NCBI GenBank assembly: GCA_022800625.1
Contig: JAAWQR010000002.1
Coordinates: 25,596-89,595, forward strand
DNA from: Clostridiales bacterium
GTDB taxonomy: Bacteria > Bacillota > Clostridia > Oscillospirales > CAG-272
Length of the DNA stretch: 64,000 nt
Direction of reading: 5' to 3'
The notes under the pieces are model-generated. The model ran no database searches. It had not been told where the DNA came from and was given only the letters and a program-made list of their open reading frames with translations. Both the position numbers and the translations under genes were made by a program. Positions 1 to 9,680 of the stretch are shown here, piece by piece (positions within the stretch are counted from its first letter, which is position 1; every line of letters begins with the position of its first letter).

Positions 1-59
1 ATAGTCATGCCAAAAATTTTATCGTAGCAGTATTTCCCGACGGAAAGACAATTCCGCTT

Positions 60-1454
60 TTGGATATACATATGCGGTTGTTGCAATTTGTTCAGAAAGA
101 TTTTCATTATGATAACATATGCAATTATATACATACCCTTGATGAAAATCTGAATGCAGATAAAGTCATAGAGTGTCTTCTCAAAGAAAGAATATTACTT
201 GAAAAACCTTTACCGTATAGATGGAACAGCATGTCGTTCGGTAAATCATTAGTGGATGAAAATGAAATAAATGCTATAGTAAGTGTGTTAAAATCTAAAA
301 AATACTTTCAATATGATAATCTGACACTTGATGGATATTATTATCAGCCGAACAGTTTTGGCAACCTTTTTGAATCTGCTGTCAAAAAAATTTTGAATTG
401 TCAATTCTTTTTAACTACAAATTCTGGTACTAGCGCACTTGACGCCATATTGGAGGGATATGGGTTTAGCCATGGGGATGAAATAATTATACCGTGCTTT
501 TGTTACATTGGGGTGCCATCTGTTTTGATTAAGCGAGGGATCAAACCAATATTATGTGATGTTGATTCAGAGTTAATGTTGTCTCCTGACAAAGTGGTAC
601 AACTTATTACAAAAAAGACCAAAGCTATTATTTGTATGCATTATAAAGGACGAGCAGCAAAAATCATTCAATTGGCTGAAATAGCACAGAGTTATTCACT
701 CAAGCTGATAGAAGACTGTGCACAGTCATTTGGAACTATTATCAACGGAAAAGCATTAGGAACATTTGGAGATGCTAGTTACTTTAGTTTTCATCCACAC
801 AAGCTGATTACTTGTGGCGAAGGAGGAGGTATATGTACCAATAATCCACGGCTATACGAAAGGTTGCAATTGATTATTGACGCAAGTCGTTTGTTTGCTC
901 ACCAAAAAATGTTGCCTGGTATACCTGGTAACAATTACAGAATGTCAGAAATACATGCGGCGTTGGGATATATTCAATTATTTCGTTTACAGGATATTAT
1001 CAAATATCTGATGAATTTATATAACGCTGTAATTGCAGATATTGGCGAGATTAGAAATATTCGTATAGTGCCTGTTGAAAAAAACTTATACGGTGGGATC
1101 CAATCGGTGTGCTTACAAGTTGAAGATGACATCTGCCGAAAAGAATTGTTGAATTATTTGCATTCTTTAGGGGTGCAAGCCGCTACTTTGTATGATCCGC
1201 AGGGACTACATCATGATATTTTTCTTAACTGGCCATATGTTATGGAGAAGCTACAACTCACTATAAAGTGGAAGCCTCATGATGTATCGTTAATGAATTT
1301 GTATAAAGAATCTTTGACTATTCTGCAGAAGACTATAACGATTCCTTTAGGAATAAATGTAAGTCAACAGGAAGCCGAGGCATTATCGGCAGATATAAAA
1401 AAATTTTTAGTATCTTATTTTCCTGTTAATAATACACATACAAAAGAAGGATAG
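60..1454 (+). CDS. DegT/DnrJ/EryC1/StrS-family PLP-dependent aminotransferase
   Basis: Motifs NSGTSALDAIL, GDEIIIPCFCY, EDCAQSFGT and SFHPHKLITCGEGG (FHxxK lysine context) fit the DegT sugar-aminotransferase family. About 100 extra N-terminal residues, so the true start is uncertain. Confidence 0.8.
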   Translation: MDIHMRLLQFVQKDFHYDNICNYIHTLDENLNADKVIECLLKERILLEKPLPYRWNSMSFGKSLVDENEINAIVSVLKSKKYFQYDNLTLDGYYYQPNSFGNLFESAVKKILNCQFFLTTNSGTSALDAILEGYGFSHGDEIIIPCFCYIGVPSVLIKRGIKPILCDVDSELMLSPDKVVQLITKKTKAIICMHYKGRAAKIIQLAEIAQSYSLKLIEDCAQSFGTIINGKALGTFGDASYFSFHPHKLITCGEGGGICTNNPRLYERLQLIIDASRLFAHQKMLPGIPGNNYRMSEIHAALGYIQLFRLQDIIKYLMNLYNAVIADIGEIRNIRIVPVEKNLYGGIQSVCLQVEDDICRKELLNYLHSLGVQAATLYDPQGLHHDIFLNWPYVMEKLQLTIKWKPHDVSLMNLYKESLTILQKTITIPLGINVSQQEAEALSADIKKFLVSYFPVNNTHTKEG

Positions 1455-1459
1455 ACCTT

Positions 1460-2659
1460 ATGAATCTTTTGGACTTGTTATCATATGCTAAAGATAGAAT
1501 TCCGTTTTATAATGATAAAAATGTGGATGTACATGATATCCGGTCTTTTCCCATTATCACTAAACAGGATTATATCAAAGGGTATTATAAGTTTACAGTG
1601 TCAGAAAACTATGATAAATATATACATAAATTACGAACTTCTGGTTCAACGGGATCGCCTTTTGTGGTATATAAACAAGAAAAAGATTATTTTACACAAT
1701 TAAAACAATTATGGAACATACGTTATCAGTACCATAAAATAAGTCCTCTTGACAAAGGATTAGATTTTATATTCAGTCTCCATAACAATCAAGTTCTTTT
1801 TCCACCGAGTTTTAATAAAGACGTTAAAAAGTTATATATCAACCCAGATGGTTTACAGAATCACTTCTCTGAATGGATGGATGCTATATATCATTTCCAA
1901 CCGCGATATATGATAGGATATTCGAGCCTATTATTTATGTTTGCGCAATTACTGGAAAGAAAAAAAATGTTATTTCCGAAGAGCATCATATATGTAGAAT
2001 CCATGGGAGAATTTCTTTCTCGTTCATGCCGTGAATATTTAGAGCAATGTTTTCAAGTTCCTGTATCTAATTATTACGGATGTACAGAAATCTTTGGGAT
2101 TGCCTATTCCTGTCCTAATCATCATCTACATATCATAGAAAAAAATGCCTATGTTGAAGTGATACCGGAAAATGGAAATGAAAGCGTTTACGGAGTGGAA
2201 GGGAATATTGTTGTAACAGGTTTAAATAGTATGGACGCCACATTTATTCGCTATAATTTGCAAGATATTGGAATATTGTATCCTGGATATACGTGTGGTT
2301 GTGGTTCTAATAGTGACTATCTGGAGATTATGAGAGGTAGAAAGTATCAACAGATAAAGATATCTCCAGATAAATCAGTCCATTCAAACACTTTATTTAG
2401 TATCGTAGAACTTATAGGGCAACAAATGAACAAGTGTATACTATGGTTTCGTTTTGTTCAGCGTGACTATGATACCTTGTTGGTTTATCTTAAGCTTAAA
2501 GATGGATATTCAATGTTTCAACCGTTGATCAGTAAGGCAATTCGTAATCAACTATATCTTATATTCAACAATAATATAAATATTGAAGTGATGTATCTTG
2601 AAGCTGATTTTGACATAGATCAATACTCAAAATTTCAATTCATAAAAACAGACCTGTAA
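1460..2659 (+). CDS. PaaK/CapK-like adenylate-forming enzyme (phenylacetate-CoA ligase / F390 synthetase family)
   Basis: TSGSTGSPF and YYGCTE motifs. About 400 aa. Only a 5-nt gap after the upstream gene. Confidence 0.65.
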   Translation: MNLLDLLSYAKDRIPFYNDKNVDVHDIRSFPIITKQDYIKGYYKFTVSENYDKYIHKLRTSGSTGSPFVVYKQEKDYFTQLKQLWNIRYQYHKISPLDKGLDFIFSLHNNQVLFPPSFNKDVKKLYINPDGLQNHFSEWMDAIYHFQPRYMIGYSSLLFMFAQLLERKKMLFPKSIIYVESMGEFLSRSCREYLEQCFQVPVSNYYGCTEIFGIAYSCPNHHLHIIEKNAYVEVIPENGNESVYGVEGNIVVTGLNSMDATFIRYNLQDIGILYPGYTCGCGSNSDYLEIMRGRKYQQIKISPDKSVHSNTLFSIVELIGQQMNKCILWFRFVQRDYDTLLVYLKLKDGYSMFQPLISKAIRNQLYLIFNNNINIEVMYLEADFDIDQYSKFQFIKTDL

Positions 2660-2672
2660 TGGAGGAAATGAA

Positions 2673-3725
2673 TTGTTCACTTTACATACAGCACGATCAG
2701 TATACCGTTTAAATGCAATACCGGTATATCAGAAGTATAATTATAAACCCGCTAACATTGCTTGTTTTGGTATGACAATGACAGTAAATGGGTTATTGTA
2801 TTTTGATGATGATCAACATTATGTTTTACTATCTGAAGAAAATATATTTTACTGTACAAATCAACCGCTTGCATCTAATTTATTAAATAATAACGTAAAA
2901 AAAACGCGATGTATTCTTACAACTAAAAATGTTTTGTTAGATTATTATATTGCTGATCCTCAAATCTTGCTATTTCAAATCGATCCAAATGATTATCATG
3001 ATTTAAAAAATAGTATTCAATACAATCGATTTGTGTCAATAGTTATTGACATGCGAGAGTATTATGAATTCTTGTTAACTGATAATGGACAGATAATAGG
3101 ATGTCGTTTGTTTTCCCCTAATATTTTGGTAGATAGATTGGAGATAGCTCTTTCTAACCTCTGTCGTTTGTATAAAATAAATACTAGACCTACGTTTGAT
3201 ACCCTATATTTCAATGATAAAGCACAGATCCAAAGCATGACAGGTATGAGAACAACATTTGCATACAGAGATAAATTGGCTTGTTTATATTATTCACCAC
3301 TGCATTGGCAGTGTGAGTCACATGAACTAACGCATATTTTACTATATGGCATGGGAAATCCAATTTTTCTTTTCCAAGAGGGGTTAGCTGAGATATCATA
3401 TGATATTTGTCAGTTACAATCACGATATACACGGTATCGTTGTGATTTGATAATTAAACGTTCACGATTTCTTTCTAGGTTGGATATCAAGCACTATTTT
3501 TTATCAGCTGAATCTTTTCGGGAATATGACGGATGGGATTATATTATATCAGCATCTTTTGTTCTTTGGTTATATAAAAATTTTGGTATGGATGTCGTTT
3601 TAGCGTTGTATGCTAATATTTCGCGTTCTACTTCATATGATCAAAAAGTCGATATTGTTCGGAATTATACTAATATGACTATAGATGAGATGGAATCCAA
3701 TTGGAAGAAATCACTGAATGCATGA
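2673..3725 (+). CDS. MA-clan zinc-metallopeptidase-like protein
   Basis: SHELTHILLYG (HExxH) followed 18 aa later by QEGLAEI, as in Peptidase_MA_2-type gluzincins. TTG start 6 nt after GGAGGA. No signal peptide seen. Confidence 0.5.
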   Translation: MFTLHTARSVYRLNAIPVYQKYNYKPANIACFGMTMTVNGLLYFDDDQHYVLLSEENIFYCTNQPLASNLLNNNVKKTRCILTTKNVLLDYYIADPQILLFQIDPNDYHDLKNSIQYNRFVSIVIDMREYYEFLLTDNGQIIGCRLFSPNILVDRLEIALSNLCRLYKINTRPTFDTLYFNDKAQIQSMTGMRTTFAYRDKLACLYYSPLHWQCESHELTHILLYGMGNPIFLFQEGLAEISYDICQLQSRYTRYRCDLIIKRSRFLSRLDIKHYFLSAESFREYDGWDYIISASFVLWLYKNFGMDVVLALYANISRSTSYDQKVDIVRNYTNMTIDEMESNWKKSLNA

Positions 3726-3735
3726 GGAGTTTTTT

Positions 3736-5518
3736 ATGAATAATTTAATTAAAAAAATAAGTGCATGTGACTTATGTGATGTGACTAGTTTGCGTTCATT
3801 ATATCAAAATGGGAATAAATATGACTATAATGGGGTTTCTATAATATGCCGTGAAACACATAAATCTACCCCGGAATTTGTACGCTTTCAATTAGGTTTC
3901 CCTCTTTCTCTTTTAAATGTTCAAATAAAAGATACAGCGCAGGAGGTCATCACAGCAGACTATTGTTTGAGACGAATGGTTGAATTAATAGATGATATTT
4001 CAGTTGAAAGGCTACATAATACAGGTAAAGAGAAATATACGGGTAAATTTTATATTTATAAACCTCATCAAAAAGTGATAGTACGCAATGTATCTTATAT
4101 ACAAAATGATAAGGTGTATATCCAATTCAGTTTGCGTTTTCCCGTATATATGATGGAAAAACGAAATGTAGTATCAGGTAAGCTGTCCGTCAAATTAATA
4201 AAACGAGAACTGACTCGGATTATTAGAGCTTTTTTAGATACATTCAATACCTCAGAATATAAAAAGGCAGTGCAGTTATATTTCAGGCAGCTTGAAATTT
4301 ATTCAATTCTTGAAGAAAAGAATTTAGTAAGCTTTATAGCGAATGGAAGCATACATCCTAGATGTGATAAAGATAAGCCGTTAAAATCGGCTATTCCTTT
4401 TGTTTCTCCTCCGGAAGATGAAATTGAGTTATGCTTATCTGATGGGTTTCGTATCAAAGGAATGGGGATAAAGGAAGGAGTTACTGTTATTACAGGAGGT
4501 GGATATTCAGGCAAAAGTACGTTGCTCGATAGTATACAAAATGGCATTTACAATCATATCCTTGGAGATGGTCGAGAATATTGCATAACACGAAGAAATA
4601 GCATTGGGATTATTGCAGAAGATGGCAGAAACATATCTTCTTTGAATATTTCTCCTTTTATTTCTGAAACGAGATTACTTCGAACATCTAACTTTTCATC
4701 CCAACATGCTAGTGGGAGCACATCTCAGGCGGCCAATATTATTGAGGCAATTACATTCGGATGCGGAGCTCTGCTAATTGATGAAGATAGAACGGCGACA
4801 AATTTCATGATACGCGATTCACGTATGAAAGAACTAATTAAAAATGATCCAATCATTCCATTTACTGATCGAGTAAGACAACTGTATCATGAATTGAAAA
4901 TTTCCACAATATTAGTTATTGGAGGCAGCAGTGAATATTTAGAATTGGCTGACTCAGTATATATGATGCAAGACTATCATTTAAAAAAACATTACTGTTG
5001 GAATCAATAAGCATAAAAAACATTCTTTGGAATTCTACACCAATCAATACAGTAAACCTGTTCAATGGAAGCAGCAAAGAAAGTTGAAGTCAGGTGCGTT
5101 CAGCTGTTATAAATATGATAAAGCAACTAATCGAATAAAGGAATATATGAACATTTCTAACAGATGTATATATCTTGGTAATTATATTTTTGATACATCA
5201 CGCCTTAATACAATCATATCACAGCAACAATTATTGACAATTGCTCTTATTCTTAGGTCAATAATTCAAAAACAATCGACCGTAGATATTATTAACGAAG
5301 CTTGGCGAATATATCAAAATTTAATAAATAATGGTTTTGAATCGATATATACTACAAATTTCAACTTGGGATTAGATATGGAACTACCTACTTTTCATGA
5401 TATCCTGTTTGCACTATCTCGAATTGGACTAGTAGAAGATTTGGATGAGGAAAATATAAAGTTGCAAAATTATGAAGTGATGTTGACAAGCGAAGAAAAT
5501 AACGATGCAAATAATTGA
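3736..5518 (+). pseudogene. ABC-class ATPase (COG3044 / PF09818-like) split by a frameshift in an A7 run
   Basis: ITGGGYSGKSTLLDSIQ Walker A and LLIDEDRTATNFM Walker B region. ORF 3718-5010 stops at 5010. Reading A7 (4983-4989) as A6 gives ...DYHLKNITVGINKHKKHSLEFYT..., which joins ORF 5027-5518 into a product of about 590 aa. Confidence 0.6.
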
Positions 5519-5567
5519 ATTAAGTTACTTGCTTTTAATATTAATGAAGTATATAGGGGGAAACCAT

Positions 5568-5834
5568 ATGAATTCAAGGGATGATATTAAGAAAAAAGTT
5601 CGCGAAATCGTTGCTCATTGTTTGGATAATAACATTGATCCTGATGATTTAAAAGAGGATACACAACTGGGAGAAAATCTTCATTTTGATTCAATTGTTT
5701 ATATATCTTTAATTGTTATGCTTGAGGATCAATTCAATGTTATTATTCCAGATGATAGTCTTTCTTTAGTACAATATACAACATATGGTGATATAGAAAA
5801 CATGATATTGAGAGTTATTGAAGATGTTAACTAA
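5568..5834 (+). CDS. acyl/peptidyl carrier protein (DltC/ACP-like)
   Basis: 88-aa acidic protein with LHFDSIVYISLIV (phosphopantetheine Ser context). ATG 5568 preceded by a GGGGGA RBS. Confidence 0.75.
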   Translation: MNSRDDIKKKVREIVAHCLDNNIDPDDLKEDTQLGENLHFDSIVYISLIVMLEDQFNVIIPDDSLSLVQYTTYGDIENMILRVIEDVN

Positions 5835-5938
5835 TTAATCTCACCTGAAAAAAGCATTTTTTTCAATAAAATAAGTCAAAAGCGGCGGATATATGGTAAA
5901 ATAAGTGCAAGGGAAAAGCAAAGAAACGCACAAAAACC

Positions 5939-7262
5939 TTGCACATGGAGGAGCAAATGTATCGCTACAGTAACGGACAGATCAGTATATCAGACTTTAA
6001 GCAGCCGGTGGGAATGAACTTTAAAGAAAGCAACCGCTGGGTGAAGAAGCCCAAAAGATCCCATGGCTGGAAATTGAGGAACGATACGCCGCACTGTTCA
6101 CAAATCACAAGGGCAACGTAGCAAAGCCTCTTCGTCTTGCCTTAGGAGCCTGCATAATTCAGGCGGAGTATGGATACTCAGATGAAGAAACTGCGCTACA
6201 GATCCAGGAAAATCCCCACTTGCAGTACTTCTGTGGATACCCAACCCGGGGTATGATGACGAGAAACTGCCTTTTGATCCATCACTGATGGTGTATTTCC
6301 GCAAGCGACTGATGCCGGAGGTGCTTGGCGAGATCAACGAAATGATACTGAGGGACGCAAAGGAGCGTCAGGAGAAAGAGAACAAAGACAGTGACGATTC
6401 AGATAACACTTCCGTCGGGAGTGACAACAGCGGCACAATGATCGTTGACGCTACCTGCGCACGGTCCAATATTCGCTATCCGCAAAATGTGTCTCTGCTC
6501 AATGAAGCCAGAGAAAACGCAGAGAACTTTATTGACATTCTCCACGACCCTTCCGACGGTAAGAAACCCCGCACCTACCGCAAGTGTGCCCGAAAAGAAT
6601 ACCTGAAGTACGCAAAATGCCGCAAACATACTGTAAAAATGACACGCAAAGCCACAGAAAAGCAGCTGAATTATCTCAAACGGGACTTGGATGGCAATAT
6701 ACAGAGAGCTCCATCTCGGAAAGGTTCTGACAGATCGGCAGACAGAACGTTTGAATACGATCCGCACCGTCTACGAACAGCAGAAATATATGTACGACAA
6801 CCGGACGCACAGCGTTCCGGATCGTATCGTCAGCATCAGTCAGCCTTTTGTACGTCCGATCATCCGCGGCAAAGCCGGAAAACCGGTGGAATTTGGTGCA
6901 AAGCTGGATATCAGCGTTGTAAATGGTTGGACTCGAATCGTGAAAACCTCAGCTATTGCAAAGAACGTGGGATTCGTCTGTCTGGTACGACATTGGGCAG
7001 ACCGAAGAAAGACGAGATCCGGGACAAAACGCAGGATTACTTTGACGAATGTGAACGTGTAGAGGTGGAGCGCAAATTCAGCCTGGCAAAACGTAAATGC
7101 GGCATGGGACTGATCACCGCAAAGTTGCGTGAGACTGCTGCTCATGTTATTGCCATGTCGATTCTCGTGCTGAATCTGCGTAAAATTCGGTGCGCTCTTT
7201 TACGTCTTTGCGCGATACTGCTGGATTTCTCTCCCTCTCATCTAATAGAGGCTTTCGTTTAG
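5939..7262 (+). mobile_element. decayed IS5/IS1182-type transposase gene (DUF772 N-terminus plus DDE C-terminus), multiple frameshifts
   Basis: MYRYSNGQISISDFKQPVGMNFKESNRWVKK and LRLALGACIIQAEYGYSDEETALQIQENP are typical IS5-family N-termini. The reading frame is spread over at least 3 overlapping ORFs. The segment is much GC-richer than its flanks. Confidence 0.75.
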
Positions 7263-7318
7263 TAAATATTAATTATTGATAATCGGTATAATCTTATTTC
7301 ATTTATTAGAGGTATATT

Positions 7319-8827
7319 ATGAAAAGAATAGAAGATATTTTTTACCAAATGCAGAGCTTTCGATGTATAGATGATAAGGGGTGTCATAGTTTATTAGAAT
7401 TGAAGTTGGCTGTTGATAAGTTAAAAAAATTATTTATAACAAATCAATTAGGAGATAAAGAAAGAATTATTTATCTATGTGACAATTCATTCTGTGTGTA
7501 TGTAATTCTTTTTACTTCTGTTATAACTGATTGCATATTGGTGCCGGTTTCTAATACAATACCACTAAAAAAACTCATATCATATATTACAAGACTGAAA
7601 GCAAAAACGGTGATTATAGGGGATAATAGTTTTCAACAAGAAGAACAGCAAATCGTTCGAGATTATGCTAACTTGCTAATTTTAAAAAAGGACCAATGGA
7701 TATACCAACCAATAAAAAGAGAAATTAAAGCAAAATGTAAAGACCATATACCTGTACATTTGTTGAAAAAAGACCCGGCAATGATCCTATTTACTTCTGG
7801 AACTACTAGAGAACCAAAGGCCGTTATTTTATCACATTCACGTGTGATGAGTATGCTAGATGCAGTTTGTTCCTATATGCTACCGAATAAAGACGATGTT
7901 TTTGTAGTAGCTAAGAAGGCTCATCATGTCTCATCATGGATATGCGAGATACTACTGTCAGCTTATGTAGATGCAACAACATCAATAAGGAATCAGTCAC
8001 TCTTATTACCGCGAGTTTGTATGGAGAAAGTGCATGAAGATCATGGCACAATACTCTTTGTTAATCCCTTTCTCCTAAAAAAAATGATCAATATTGATGG
8101 CGGAGATGAAATGTTAAAATATACGCACTCAGTCTATACATCTGGAGCCCCCCTTGATAAATTGCTCCATAAACAAGCCAATGAGCGATGGCCTAATACT
8201 CGAGTGTATAATGTTTATGGTTTGACTGAAGCAGGGCCACGTGTTCTTGCGCAAGGACCCAATATTCCCATTGTATACGGGTCTGCAGGAGTGCCGATAA
8301 AGGGGGTTTCAGTATATTTTGAGAATAATAGTGGACCTATCAAAAGACCATATAAAATAGGAGAATTGTACGTAAAGACACCATATCAATCATTAGGTGT
8401 GTGGTTATCGGACAAACCGATGGACGGTTGGTTTCGTACTGGTGATGTTGGTTATTTTGATGATCAAGGAAATTACTATATTGTCGGCAGAAATGACGAT
8501 ATTCTTTGCTGTAACTCCCATAATGTTAATCCTGTTGCTGTAGAAGAAGTTGTTACATCTTTTCCTGGAATAGAAACAAGTATTGTATTAATTGATGTCG
8601 ATATAAATGGGGTTGATAAATTGATTACTCTTTACACAACAACTGATGATAAAAAAATCAATGAAAACATCTTGTATCAGTATTTAAGAGCGCATTTGGA
8701 GTCATATGAATGTCCTAATGAATTTCATAGGATAACTAATCGATTCATCTCGGCTACTGGAAAAACGCAACGTTTAGAGGCAAAGAAATATTACCAGAAT
8801 ATAATTAAGGCTTCTTTATACAAATAA
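7319..8827 (+). CDS. AMP-dependent synthetase/ligase (DltA-like adenylating enzyme)
   Basis: LFTSGTTREPKAVILSH, YNVYGLTEAGP and FRTGDVGYFDDQGNYYIVGRNDD core ANL-superfamily motifs. Confidence 0.85.
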   Translation: MKRIEDIFYQMQSFRCIDDKGCHSLLELKLAVDKLKKLFITNQLGDKERIIYLCDNSFCVYVILFTSVITDCILVPVSNTIPLKKLISYITRLKAKTVIIGDNSFQQEEQQIVRDYANLLILKKDQWIYQPIKREIKAKCKDHIPVHLLKKDPAMILFTSGTTREPKAVILSHSRVMSMLDAVCSYMLPNKDDVFVVAKKAHHVSSWICEILLSAYVDATTSIRNQSLLLPRVCMEKVHEDHGTILFVNPFLLKKMINIDGGDEMLKYTHSVYTSGAPLDKLLHKQANERWPNTRVYNVYGLTEAGPRVLAQGPNIPIVYGSAGVPIKGVSVYFENNSGPIKRPYKIGELYVKTPYQSLGVWLSDKPMDGWFRTGDVGYFDDQGNYYIVGRNDDILCCNSHNVNPVAVEEVVTSFPGIETSIVLIDVDINGVDKLITLYTTTDDKKINENILYQYLRAHLESYECPNEFHRITNRFISATGKTQRLEAKKYYQNIIKASLYK

Positions 8828-8847
8828 CACTGTAATATTGTAATGAT

Positions 8848-9491
8848 ATGAAGATAATGAAAAGTATAATGAAAATTTTGTTCTCAGATAGCTTAGAAAA
8901 AATAAATGAATATGAAAATAAATTGAGAATACAGACCACTACAACAAATAGTGATACAGCAAATGAAAGCCCGCTGAACCACATTTATGAAGTAACAGCG
9001 TACTCTTTTATAGAATATTTGTTTGACCGTTATCCATTTATGCCAGAGGATCATCTAGTTGACTTTGGATGCGGAAAGGGTCGAGTTATGATAATGGCAG
9101 CTGAATATGGTTGTCTTAACATAACAGGATATGAGATTAATAAAGAGCGTTTTATATTGTTGAAAAAAACATTGATAACTATAGTCAGAAAAATAGCGAA
9201 GCCAGCTTTAATATTCATAATTTAGATGCAGCAAAAGCAAGTATATATCCAACTCAAAATATTTTTTATTTTTTTGAGCCTTTTCACTTAAAGATTTTTA
9301 TTCGTGTACTCAATTCAATTAATAATTCTTTAAAACTGCAACCGAGAAAAATAAAAATTATGATGCATTATCCTCATATGGAAACTATAAAATACGTTCA
9401 GAAATACACTGATTTTACATTAATTGATAGTTTACAAGATGAAAAATTTGATGTTTTAACTCAGTTGGCTGTTTTTGAAAATAAATTATGA
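8848..9491 (+). pseudogene. class I SAM-dependent methyltransferase, frameshifted in an A7 run
   Basis: VDFGCGKGRVMIMAAEYG glycine-rich SAM motif. ORF stops at 9225. Adding one A to A7 (9163-9169) gives LLKKNIDNYSQKNSEASFNIHNLDAAKA...FFEPFH... up to TGA 9489-9491. Confidence 0.6.
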
Positions 9492-9680
9492 TACGAGATA
9501 TAAGGTAATTGACAGTTGTATTCATCTATCAACATATATGATGAAGTGTGTCTTGTTTATACTATTTCTTTGTATAAAAGTCGAACTCTATTAAAAAAAC
9601 GGATGAAAATATAATGGTGGAAATCAAATGATACTATATACTATAAAGGAGTATTCGAGTTTTACGATTATAAGAATTAT

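Noticed and set aside
6399-7145. Minus-strand ORFs 6399-6767 and 6840-7145 inside the IS remnant
   Set aside because: Antisense to recognisable transposase-derived sequence. GC-rich DNA gives spurious open frames.
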